From Octopus sinensis (Eukaryota), in assembly GCF_006345805.1 (NCBI RefSeq), contig NW_021832869.1:1-64000 (forward strand): a stretch of DNA of 64,000 nt, read 5' to 3'. Shown in pieces: positions 20,531 through 32,985 of this stretch (position 1 is the first letter of the stretch; each line of letters opens with the position of its first letter). Below the pieces are notes generated by a model that saw only the letters and a list, made by a program, of their open reading frames with translations, was not told the origin of the DNA and ran no database searches. The translations under genes were made by a program, and so were the position numbers.

Positions 20531-21539
20531 AAAAACACATCGCAAAAAAAGTACATAGAGGAACAAGCTCTCGATAAGTTATGCTGCCTGTCCTGTTATT
20601 TGTCATTTTATAATATTTATCTTGACAAAATAGATTTTGAAATAGAATTCAAATATTTTTTTTGAATTTTTTTCCAAGTCCGAAAGTATAACCACCTAGG
20701 CTCGGTACACCCTAGGCCTGTGACATAATAATTTATAAAAATAATATAACAATAATTAAATTCGTGTTCAGTTTAAAAAAAAGTCTAGAAATAAAAAAAA
20801 TATAACAATAATGATTAAAATTTGGTAGAAATTGATCATTTTAGATTTTAAAACGCTAAAATACAAGATCGCCAAATCCGGGAACAAATAAATAAAAGTT
20901 TGCCATAAGAATATAAAGAATAGAACTTTCTATCAAAAAAAGGTGAAATTCAATGAATAAAGATAAATGAGAAAATTTCAAATAAGCGATATAAACAGAT
21001 TGAAGGAATAAACTCGCAAATATTACAAAATGATGAAATTTCAGATAATTTATTAATTAAAAGAAACTACATCGCAAAATATTCCTTCTAATACAATTAA
21101 ATAAAAAAATAAAGATTGACCAAATAATGTAACAGGACAACAAGGTATGTCAAAAGAGTGCTCACACGTGCCACAATTTATTAGGTTTTCTATTAATAAC
21201 TGGGTAACTAAAAATTAAGATAATTTTAATTAAAACACAATTCTACCTAGTAGCTTATAAGCAGTGTAAATACCAGAGCGGATATCTCAATGATGGTCCA
21301 GATATCTGAAATAAAGACTGCGATAATAATAATTATTTCTGTTTCATAGAGAATCGACAATTAATTTGCAAGGAGATTGTATTTCTGAAATTTCCACGTG
21401 CCAAATTTTTTTTAACAAAAAATCTATGCAAATCAATTTATGATAGGCGTTTCTAGGAAGGCGATTCTAGGAAATAAAGAATAAATTTTTTTAATTTGAA
21501 TATGCAAAACAATCATCATTTTTTGAATGTGGCGCCACA

Positions 21540-22250
21540 TCTTTGTTTATAAGAGGTATATAGCATCATTGTGTTATTCATCAGGAAAATTAAATTACAA
21601 AAACAATAAAAATGGAAAATGTTCCAAAATCGTTGTATTCATCGTTAATCTGATAAAGATAAACGCCCTCAATCATCAAAACTTCAAATCTTTTATAAAT
21701 GATATTGATGCCGATTGTGGAGATGTTGTTCGTTATACTGCAGTTAGATGGTTGAGTCGTTCTGTTTGTTTAAAAAGCTATATGATATTTTTTTTTGCTT
21801 TCTGAAATTAAAGAGTTTATTCCTCATAAACAACAATATCTTCAACTGAATAATCAAAATAGGTTGCAGACTTTGAATTTTTTGTTGATTCTTCATTACA
21901 TATTTCGGATTTGAACACTGATTTATAAGGAAAAGACAACCTTTGCTATCAATTATATGGATTTATATCCTCTTTATTCAAAAAACTATATTTGCGACGA
22001 TAGCACTCAACTCTAAAGTGCATGTACCCAGTAAAATAAAAATCATACGTATTTTGTTCCGTTCAAACTGAAATAAAAAATATATTATCTTCATTAAGTT
22101 AACCAAAAAATTTGCGGCCCTTATAAATAGAAAATTTGATTTGTGAATTCTGGTCTGTATGTTAATTGACAATTCCATGAACATCAAAAAGGTCTGATTT
22201 CTGCATTTTAAAAATAAAAGCTCTGAATTTTAAATTTGTCGGAAAACTGG
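21540..22250 (+). mobile_element. Degenerate hAT (GTF2IRD2-like) transposase relic
   Basis: VNLIKINALNHQNFKSF..YTAVRWLSR parallels INFVRGSSLNHRQFK..YTAVRWLS of the 58-60 kb transposase. Confidence 0.75.
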
Positions 22251-22277
22251 AAATGATTGAAGAAATATTTATTTAAA

Positions 22278-22570
22278 AAGAAGCTGTTAGTAGAGGGTAG
22301 ACAAGGACCTTCAGCATTCCTGTCTTTTCAGTCCCGCACACACGCTCACCTCTCAGCCTTAAACTAAGACTTACCAAAAGCGGAGAAGGGAATACATTCA
22401 GCCAGGAGCCTGAGTATGGCTGACAGGCGGAACGGAAACAAGCCAGTCTGTGTTTGTCGAGGAGTGGTTCCAAGTCAGTTGAAAATCACGCCAAGAATTT
22501 TGTCCCAATCCCGCTGAGAAAGACATCGGAAGGTACTTCAGAGAAATTGTGTTTCCAAAGTGCAAGCCTA
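22278..22570 (-). mobile_element. Chimera: CRE internal fragment fused to a Jockey family-B 3' tail
   Basis: QRDWDKIL..HRLACFRSACQPYSGSWLNVFPSP (CRE) runs into ggtaagtc..gagcgtgtgtgc..gaaaag.caggaatgc.gaaggtc (Jockey-B tail) at ~22375. Confidence 0.75.
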
Positions 22571-22639
22571 TTTTAAATTATCTAATTAAAAATCTAGATT
22601 TTCAGTGATTTCTCTTCTTCGCTTGGAAGAAGAATTTTC

Positions 22640-23400
22640 TATAAACTTTCTTTCATTTTATATTTCTGCGTCAATAATTTTATTCAATTGAGTGTCCTCA
22701 CGAGATGCCACCTCTGTAAGTTGATTGGCGGCAGAGGCGTACTCCTCGTTGTCTACCTTCATCACATGTCTGTACCCGATAAGCATACTCCCTAGCGTCC
22801 TCTTCATCACAACCTGGATGTATGTCCTCGTTCCTTCTTCAATGGATAACTTGTTCATATGACTTTTAAAGAACTTTGAAAAAACTCCATCCCATGTCAA
22901 GACAATTCGAATAATCTTCACTTTTGCTTCATAGAAAACCGACAGTTCGTTTCCAAGCAGGTCGTATTCGTGAAATTTCACCACTTCAACTTGCTTTAAA
23001 CGGTCTTGCGAGATAATTCCCACTTCGATTAAATGAATTTCTTTTTTCTCTTGTCATAAACGAAAATACAGGTTTATGAATTGGACTTTAGTTTCAGTCA
23101 TAATTAAGTGTCAACTCTGATTTCGACATTTTGGGTCGACATTATTGACACAACCGAATGTCCTTTCAATTTCCTGCTTCGTTTAATTCCATACATTCGA
23201 CACAAGTGGAGATGAATACACTTTACCACTTCGTTGTGTCTTCGGAGATAATCACTGTTTAGCATCCTACCACACCGCGTGGCTGATGGTCAACAGTCTG
23301 CCTGCTTTTTGCAATGGACGCATAGTGATCCCGTGTATGCAAAGAACAAATTTCTATTTTGAACGAAATTGAGTTATTAAATTAATCTGATCATATGGAG
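22640..23400 (-). mobile_element. R4/Dong-like element 3' fragment
   Basis: DHQPRGV, RHNE-like region, IEVGIISQDRL..YDLLGNEL..LTWDG. Confidence 0.75.
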
Positions 23401-24698
23401 GATCTCGGGTTGACAGTGATCATAAAATAGTCGTTGGATGTTTCAACATCAACAAACACCATGCGCCCCTCAACGCGCAAAGACTCGCCAATCTGATCCC
23501 CAGGATAACGGCGATCGTTTTATAGAGAGGCAGAAAAAAACATTCGTTATTGGGGGGTCGGATCTTGGAGTCGATTTTGCACAAATTCATCTCCAACTTC
23601 CACCGAGAATCAAAAAAAGCAATCTTTTAATGTTTTTTCAATTTTGTTAGTTGCTGACAATTATTCGTTTTTTAAAATAAATCTTTTGAAAAATTATGTA
23701 AAAACGAGCTTTTAGTTAGTCTGTAAAATTTAAGAACAATTAAGCTGTTGAAGAGATCGCATATCGGCACGTGTTTATCAAAAAGGCTTTGATTTGGCAT
23801 GGTAAATAATTATGTGAAACGTCACAATCCAAATCCATAATGTCAGAATGTACTAGTCACTCTCAACACAATATTTGCCTGATCTCTACTTGAGAAAGAC
23901 GCCAAGAGATTTGTTCAGCGTTCCAGATGGAGACTACCTCTTGCAACTAGGCAATCAAAGTCTACCACCAACCGAATTTGTAGTAAGAACTGACAGTATT
24001 TTCAAGACACGTACAAAATTGTCACGATAAGCCCAGGTCGCATTGCAATAATGTGATTAGACAAAATCCTAACCTCTTCTCCAATAACACGGATCGAGTC
24101 TAAGAATATAACAAAAGTTTGTACAATGTCAAAAAAGTCCTAAAATTGCTTTTTCGACAAATTAGTCAGTTCCCTTACTGAAACGTCGAGGAAACGCTCA
24201 TAGTTTGCTTCTGTAAGTTCTTTCTAACAATTAATAAAAAACACAACAAAAAACTCGTTGACTTGTTCACAAATATCTGCACATTCGCATCAATTTCATA
24301 ATCATCAATCACTTGTCTGACATGTGCGGTCTTGACATTAAAAGTTCCCATATTTGCATCACCTGTTCGTTTTGGTCAAGAGGGAATAGAAAAAGTCTTT
24401 CCTCTGCCAGACCTGCCAAACAACAGCAGGCAATGATACACCTGACTGCCATTCCTTGAGGCAGAAATAAAATCTGGACTTGATTACTTCAATTAACATT
24501 ATCTCATAATTCTGATTCTGCTAATAACAACAAACATCGTTGATGATAAAATCATTTGGGACAAATGAAAAAATGAGAGGCATTACCGCGTAGAATAGAG
24601 ACCGAGACGCGCTGGAAGAGCTATCTGCAAGAGCCAAATATTCAACTTTAGATAATTAATGCCTCGTTAAATTCTTCTATTTAAAATATTTTCCCGCA

Positions 24699-26066
24699 AT
24701 GTTTTCCGATGCTAATTCTTTGCTATCCTTAATTTCCCAGACTGAAAATGAGTGCCCATCTCCGTTATTTAATCCATCTCAAAAGTCTAGAAATTAATTT
24801 AATAATAGAGTTTTACAAAATTGCCAACTTTTGAACATACCTCTCCTTGATAATGCTCCGACAGTTCAAATTTTGTTGATACTGTTATATTAATTGTTAG
24901 AGATGTTTCTTACAACAACATTCGTCTTCTCAATGATAATTCTTTTACTGAAATGCCACAGCTTACTGATTTGTAGCAATTTTGGTAGGCTCTAGAAATT
25001 TGGAACACAACTCGGTAAAATCAATCACACGTAGAACATTCGACAAAATCCAAAATTTAGCATCACTGTATTCATTTTTTTCGAATCGAAGGAATTTGAA
25101 TAATAATTTATTAACCAGTTTTGAAATGGGGACATTTGACAGCCTAACAAGCCTCCAAATACTGTACAAAATTATTCATTTTAAAACTAAAAGTTCATTC
25201 AGCGCCAACCAAATCACTTCACTTGGAAAATTGTTTGATCAAAATGACAAACTTGCTAATATGTTTGCTAAATTTGTAAAATTAAGCAATTTTTTCGACA
25301 ACCCTATAAAAGTGGTAGACATGAGGATCTTTACTGTTGGAAATCGAAATTATGCGTTTTTTTGTTTTATAATTTTAGATCTATTTCATTTTCAAATCCA
25401 AACGTGACATGTGCTTTTAATCTTGCGCGATATTCTATGTACATTTCATAAATCTAATAGCAAGTTTTATAAAACCTCAAGAAAACAACAACAAACCAAT
25501 TATATATACATTTACAGAACAAGATGCTGCAATAAAAAAGTTATAGACATTTTGTGACAGATAGTTTACGTTATATAAATAGATTTTGTCCAATACAAAA
25601 TGTTACAGAAGAATGTAGGTATGCGAGAAATGGTATTTCTCAAATAAATTTATATTAAGAATGCCAACGACCCGATTTAGCACCACACCAGACTTCAACA
25701 GCTTCAATAATGTCAGAAGTAACGGCAACGACCTTAACAGTTAAACCAATCGATTTAACACCACAGAATACTTCAACAGCTTCAACAATGTCAAAAGGAA
25801 CTGCAACGATCTTAACAGTTGAAACCAATCGATTTAACACCACAGAATACCTCAACAATGTCAAAAGGAACAGTAGCGACTTTACCAGTTGAAACCAATC
25901 GTCCATTTGAAAACAAAAAAGACAAAATTCACATATTTTGACGTATTCGCTTGGCATTTTAATACCGATAATAATTATAATAGCAAGCAGTATAATGTAG
26001 GTACCATTTTGATGACTTTATAGTTATTATGTTGCTAAGTCGAGAAAAATGAAAAAAATTGTATAA
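24699..26066 (+). pseudogene. LRR type I membrane protein (signal, LRRs, Ser/Thr repeat stalk, TM, basic tail); micro-introns; frameshifted
   Basis: DVSYNNIRLLNDNSFTEMPQL, NLEHNSVKSITRRTFDKIQNL, NLNNNLLTSFEMGTFDSLTSL; 24-, 30- and 27-nt GT-AG introns; TM ILTYSLGILIPIIIIIASSI. Confidence 0.7.
25673..25900 (+). repeat. Three tandem ~70-79-bp repeats encoding a Ser/Thr-rich stalk
   Basis: Units start cgattta at 25673, 25751 and 25830. Confidence 0.85.
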
Positions 26067-26199
26067 TAGTTTATTTAAGTTGTTAGAATGCCTCGATCCC
26101 GGAGGGGTACTACTCCACGATCAAAGAAAATTATTATTCTTCAATTGTACGATCTAAAATTTAGATTCTAAATTTTTTTTTCCAATGAAATGTTTTTAT

Positions 26200-27325
26200 T
26201 TCTTAAAAGAAAACAGAGAGAAAAGAGAGTTAACAAAAGGACTTCCCCGCCTCGTAGATGGAGAAATAGTTACCACGTACAATGGCAAGGGAAATCCTCT
26301 GAAGGAGCCATCCACACTCACGCGTGTCGTTTCTCTTGCGAGAAATCAGACGACCCAGCTTTTTGAGGAAAATGAGTGACCTTCTACCGATTACGCCAGA
26401 GGTCTCCACGGCGACGGGGGTTAACAGATAGCGTTCCGAGAGATTGGTGTACTTTGAAATCTTTAATTCTTCTGCTCTGCGAGAAGTAGAGCCGCTGCGA
26501 CAGCTGAAGGAGGAAGATTTAGTTCGGAAAAAGTATCTGAGCAAGTTTTCCCATATCTCGATCGCTCGAATGGGAAGGTGGATAGACCGTCAGGCCTCTT
26601 TCCGTCTCCCCTAGCAAGCCCAACTGGTTCGAGAATTGATAGGATTCCGGCAGCTTTGAGCCCCCTCAGGACAACGTCATTTAGGGCAGCGTGGCGTGGG
26701 GCACGCCCAGCACTGCGTCTGCAGGAAAGAGGGTGTAGTCCGTACTGGTCGATCATGGCCCCACAGCGACACTTGTGAATTTCACAGATCTTCAAACCGA
26801 GGCGGAGGGAGATAGCTACTCTGAGGCAATCGCCGTCGAGTAGTGTCCCGATGCTCGGAAGAGGGGGGGCCTTCAGCCAAGCACCGCTGCCTTGACATTG
26901 ACCTGCGCGTAGGCAGGCGAGGCGGTGTTGATTAGAGACGGCGATCAGGTCTTCGTATATTTTCTGACAGGAGATTTCATCCCATTGGCGCTGGATAGAT
27001 GTGGAATCAGGTATACACGGGCCAAACCGAGCTTCCCACCGACCACAGGCAGCAGAGTAATCTTCAGACAATTTGCGTTCGGAAAGGTTTCTGAGAACGA
27101 TGTCTGAGAGAATACGTGAAGCAGAGCGTGCGGAAAGGAAGGCTGGGAGGGCGAGATCGGAATAAGATCTCATGCCCAGGCCGCCCCAGCGCACCGGTAG
27201 AGATGCCTGAGACCAACCCGGATCGTCAAAGGCCAGATTACATAGCGAGCTCGTACCGAGCCTGAGGATGTTATCCAGATTTGACAGAAGGTCGTCTCTT
27301 TTGAAACAGGGAGCACACCTTAATG
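26200..27325 (-). mobile_element. CRE-like element, 5'-truncated
   Basis: ORFs 26463-27194 and 26230-26544: GGLGMRS..DLALPAFLS, LRLGL..HKCRCG..HPLSC, GKRPDG, VAVETSG, LQRISLAIVRGN. Confidence 0.9.
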
Positions 27326-28224
27326 TGTAAATTAGTCTTTAAATTAGTCTAAATTAGTTAACTTCTCTATTTTATTTGTCATTTTACCTTGAAAAAAAAA
27401 TTGTACGATCGCATCACTGATCCTCCAAAACATAATTTAGTCAAGAAAATTAATTCTAAATAACCACTGTTTTTCTTTCCTTAAATAAAATAACTATTTG
27501 ATTATTGTATTAAGTACCGAGGGGTCTGTGTGAACAAGGGGTGACATTTCGTGTTACACTGTTTCCTTCAATACAATTTCTTATTGGAGAATTATGACCA
27601 GCAAAGAGATATGTTGGCAATTATTATTCAGTCATTCGGAGACTGGGGTCACGTATATTTGGAATGGTCACAGGCACGTGTTTTATTTAAGACATGCACA
27701 ATCACGTTAGAAATTTGTGTTATGACAGATTAAGTAAACCACAAATCTCGCAAAGATTTATCAGTTTTCATAAATTTGTGTGTTTGACTAAGATCGTGAT
27801 TAGACTTGTGGGTTTGAGAAAGTAATTTGAGGAATTATATTCAAGGATAAAACTTATTAGTAATAACTTATTAGTAATAAGTTATTACTTTATTGACTAA
27901 ACCCCAAACGAAAATGATAAAAAATTAACTAATTCATTGATCCTAATCTTTGGAAATTTTTTTCCTTTTGGGAAAACTATAACCAACTCACTGTCTGCAC
28001 TTTCATGCTCTGAATCATTTATAATTCGCTTATTTTTTTCATCCGAAGGGTTTTCGCAAAATTGGCTTTTTCATCACAAGTGTTCGAATATAAGTTCTCG
28101 TTGGGCCTTGAACAGATAATGTTTTAATATAGGCTTTGCAACACGTTGAAATCACCTCGTCTCATGTCAGTACATTTGGAATAATCTTTAAAGGTGCCCC
28201 GTAAAGTATCATTAGTTCTCTAGC

Positions 28225-28600
28225 TAGAAAATCGTATTTATGTAATTTTTCACTTCGGTTTGTTTGAGTTTCTCCTGCGACGTAATTCCCACTTCAAGTA
28301 TGGAAGGGGGAAACAATTCGGATTCACCAATGGCTGCATCGCGAATAACAAACGAGTTATCTCGCAAGATTGCTATAGATATTCTCTGGTACAGCCAGCT
28401 AATTTCTCGGCAGGTCAAAGGTCTTATTTCCGATCGATTTTCCAATTATAGACAGAATCTTCTTCCCAGTTGGCTCAATCACATGACTTTTCTCCACTGA
28501 AACTAGGACGAAGTTGTATGCGTCAGGAAAGAATGCATACTTCCTTCATTTGGTTTACTCGGCCGGTGGGACCCATCAAGAGCCACTAGTGATACAGGGT
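28225..28600 (-). mobile_element. CRE-like 3' end fragment
   Basis: REISWLYQRISIAILRDN. Confidence 0.7.
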
Positions 28601-28949
28601 CGATTTATAGTTTACAATTATGGTATTTGTCGATGGCTTTTTAAAAAACGAATTTCTTAAGTGCTTTCTATAACAGTTTTTCGAGCACCAAATCGAAAGT
28701 GTTATTTCTAAGTGTGAAATCAATACAAAGTATATATATTTCAAATTGATAGCAAGTTTCAAGATGGAACAAGATTCATGTAAACTAAAAAACTTGAACT
28801 TTTATTTGAAGTTTTCATCTCCGAATATAAATGAACTGGGAACTGATAAAAACACAGTTTTTGCCAAGTCGTGTTTTGTGAAAAACAAATTAAAATATTT
28901 TGAATTTGTCAGTAAAGAACGATGGATTAATAGTATCTTGGAATCATTA

Positions 28950-30480
28950 TCATGTGAATTGGAATCATTGTGAGACTATTGATGGAATCAATGGATATCG
29001 GTATTTTGGTGTACTTGAAGATAGTGGAAGCAACGTTCCTAAGAATAGAGTTATGGACTCTATCTTTGAGAATGTTAAGAAGAGGATAACTATGCTATCG
29101 AAAACAAAACTCAACTCTGTGAATCTGTTTCGTGCTATAAATGAATATGCATTGCACTATATAATTATTATATTGGGCTAATCAATATTGAATCTTCTGA
29201 ATTTGATGATATTGACAGACAAATACGGCAATTGCTTACGTCACTCTGATTACAATCTGCAAATAAAGAGAGACTGTATTTAAACCGGAAGGCTCTTGGA
29301 AGAGGGCTTTCATCAGTTACTTTCAAAAGGGAACTAACGCTCTTTCAGTTCCTTACGAGTCTGGAAAATATGTCAACTATATGCTTACGGAGGGCCGGGA
29401 TTCTGCGTGTAATTAAAATAAATAAATGGCATTTGGCTATGATCGCAGGATTTCTATCCTCCAAATATGCAATTATTGATAAGAAGAGTATTACTATTGA
29501 GTCTCTAAAGTCCAGTCAGATACAATATTTACAAAAGAAAATTAGTTCTAAAGCACTACATTCTGTGCTCTTCAAATGTATGGATGAACCTAATGTTGAT
29601 TTACCTGCATCCTCAGACTGACTATCTAATGGAAATAATGAGCCACGAAGCGAAGCATTGTATTGTCTTTTGCAAGATCGAAACTTGTTTTTTGCATCCG
29701 CTGACTCATTATGCAATCATTGTAAGAAAAGCAAGAAAACTGTTGACCACATGGCTACTCAGTGTGGTAAAATGCTCAACAGTGATTATCTCCGGAGACA
29801 CAACGAAGTTTTGAAGTGTATTCACCTTAACTTGTGCCGAATGTATGGACTCAAAAAAGCAAGACGATTGAAGGGACATTCTGTTCAGTCAACACTGTCG
29901 ACGGGAAAAATTGAAATCATGGTTGATCCAACAATCCTCACCGAAACAAAAGTAGAATACAACAAGCCAGATATCTTTGTCCACGACAAATCAGAAACGA
30001 AATAAATCTAATTGAAGTGGGTATTACTTCACAGGATCGCCTCAAGCAAGTAGAGGTTGAAAAGTGTCACAAGTATGATCTACTGGCAAGCGAGCTTTCG
30101 CTTCTGTATAGCTGTCAAGTAAAATAATTCCTGTGGTTATGACATGGGATGGAGTTGCCTCGAAATGCTTCAAAAATTATATGAAGAAACTATCTATTGA
30201 AGCAGGAACGAGGACATACATCCAATCCGTTGTACTGAAAAGAACGCTCGAGTATGATGATCGAACACAACAAGCACGGAATGAAGGTATCTGCTTCCAA
30301 TCGGTATGAGGAGATGGCATGCAAAAATGAAGACTACCACCCAATGAATGCTAAAGAAGATGCAATGGTTAAATCAGATGTGGTAAATGGGGAGTAAGAG
30401 GCAGCTGGAAGTAGGCTCTTCTTCCAAGAGAAGGAGAATGGATAGCAGCGAGCTGGAGTGAGATCTGCTTAGTTTCTGAT
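28950..30480 (+). mobile_element. R4/Dong-like element, post-RT and endonuclease region, degenerate
   Basis: YRYFGVLED, RLYLNRKALGRG, LQDRN, DHMATQC, RHNEV, NKPDI, IEVGITSQDRL, TWDG. Confidence 0.85.
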
Positions 30481-31762
30481 TAACTATTAATTTATTATTG
30501 TTTCAATTCAAGGGTGTCAAAAACATTTATCTTATCTTTGATTTTAATTGTAATTTTTGATCGTTCATTTGAATTGTTTTTTTTGTACAAACAAGAGATG
30601 ATGGGTAACAGCCAGTGGTTTCTCTTCATTAGCGAGTGTTTTATTCTTCAATTTCATTGATCGTGCATTCTCCTCACTTTGAAAGTTTATACTTAAGTTT
30701 ATGGAAAGCACATTTTCCCGCATAAATAATAGTTAAAATATGACCAATACTTGTCAATGGGTTATCTGTAATTTATCTCTCAATAATTTGATTCAAAATA
30801 GAGAGGAGAAATCCACTTTTTTATAGTGAGTTATTTTTCCAGTAAGTGATCCACTAACTTGAGAGCTTTAATCTCATAAAAAAGACTCTCTGCAAGTAGC
30901 GTATATTCTGGCATCAGTAGTATTGCAAATAAATCACAGTACTGATTTTTTGATATAGAACATGGTTATCATTATCAGATAATTGTCTATATTTAGAGAT
31001 TGTAATTTGGCATTGTAATTTGCAATTTGAAATGATACTCCGACATCCTTCTTTTTTGTTTTGAATATAAATTTGGCATTCATGTCGAAACTATGTAATG
31101 CTTGACCTACAATTTGAGCCAAAAGACAACAGCTGCAAGGATTCGAGGAGAAGAAGGCGAGGTCTTTGGATGAGCCGAGTCCAACTCTTCCAAACTGATT
31201 GGAAGTTTCCCCTGACTTCACTCTATTCATCACATTCCATAATAAGAATTGATGTCAAAATATTCTCGAGGTTTGTGGAGAATTAATATTCATACCTGTG
31301 GCTCCCACACTGGCAAATGTGAATTTTCCGTAGTTTATTTTACATACGTAATTTTTTTATCAGAATCAATTTTTTATCAGACACATAGTACTATGATCCC
31401 ACTTGACAAATTCGAACATGTAAAAAATGCAGAACGACTCGTATAATGTAATTCAGAGGAAGAAGTAGGATCTCGGTAGATCACTTTTGTCGACATTAGA
31501 AAAATTTGCAACTTTGCTTGAAACAGTTTAAAGTGGTAAAAATACATAAATATTACTTATAGATTAAATATAACTAACTTTTTTCGGTTAAAACAAAAAA
31601 GGACATCTTTCATTATATGTCCATGGACTTTGCCATTTTTGAAATTTTGTGTTTTTGACCATTAGCAGGAAGCCAACTGTCCATTAAAGATAAAAATATA
31701 TTTTTATAAATTTTTTAATTTTCTAGGTTATGTTTTTCTGTCTCAAAGCAAAAAATTGTTTT

Positions 31763-32985
31763 TGTTGACATTAGAGAAAGAATTGGGTTATCCTCCGAGT
31801 TCTTTGAAAGAAACTTTTTTTTTATTCAAAAAACTGCAGAATAAATAGAGATATTATGTCTCAAGTTGTTTGGTTATCCTTATTTCGATAGGTACTGAAA
31901 TAATTTTTAATAAATAAAAAAATCATATTTTTTATCGAAACTATATAAAAATAATAAAAATGACATTTCACTACGTTTGTTTGGGACACGACATTTGAGA
32001 ACTTCTCTACTATGACTTCGGGATTTTTCAAGCGCAAAAGGGGTCAAAAATGCCTCTTTCCCCTACTCTTTCTCATTTGTTATCTTTGGATTTAAAACCA
32101 GTGGTGTTATCTGTGTACTATTCTTTCTGAGCTCGCAGGTTCTTGATAAAACCATGACAAGTATATATTTACTAAAAAATTAAATCTTTCCCTGTCCGCT
32201 GTCGATCCTGGACTCGCTTCGAGGCTGGCCGAGGATCGAAAGATTCTCAAGTACCGCCACCTCTACAATTCGCTTCTTTTTACTCCAGTCTTCAGTAATC
32301 TTCGGGGCCACGACGCTCCGTTTCCTTCGCTCGGTCGACGGATATCAAGGATAAGACACGATTCCAGAGAGTTATCTTGGCTTTTGAAACATCTGTCGAT
32401 ATCCGTGATCCGTGGGAATGGCTTTACTATGGCGATAAAAATTTGCTGATTTTTTTCTTGTTCGTAAAAGATCAAATCAGTTAGCTACTAGCTATCCATA
32501 GCCTTTGTGGCAATTACAAAACAGTCAAAAAAAGTTTGATATTTCTAACAAAAAGGACATCTTTCCTTATATGTCCATTTACCTAGACTTCGTTTTTTGA
32601 CCGGTAGCAGTATACAACCGGAAGCATTTTGCAAACCAGTAGCAACATACCATCCGGCCATTAATTAAGGACATGGAGATAAGAACATTGGCATTCGCTA
32701 TTCACCAAGAATGCCACTGAGGAATACTAAAGCTTCACAAGAAGTGCTGTGAATTTTATTTTACTGTGAAACGCCCTGTTATCAAACAAATATAAATAAC
32801 TGCAAAATTGTAAATTTGCTGGACCGTTAAAAGTTTTTGATTAAATATACTTAGGTATCCGATTCTAATTACCATGTTGAGCTCCCTTGGCTGAAGACTA
32901 AGCTATGGATAATGGATTTGGACAGTCGTGAGTTCGATTCCGAAGGAGGCCAGATTTCATCCTGGGGCCAATTCTCGTTATCGTT
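31763..32985 (+). repeat. 1.22-kb direct repeat, copy 1 (copy 2 at 38069-39293), flanking a LINE
   Basis: Both copies run from tgttgacattagag to ccaattctcgttatcgtt, differing mainly by small indels; each contains a CRE 3' end (~32180-32450). Confidence 0.95.
32881..32952 (+). pseudogene. Possible degenerate tRNA or tRNA-derived SINE head (copy at ~39189-39260)
   Basis: GCTCCCT...AGGAGGC partial acceptor stem, TGGCTGAAG A-box-like and GAGTTCGATTCC B-box-like motifs; stems imperfect. Confidence 0.3.
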
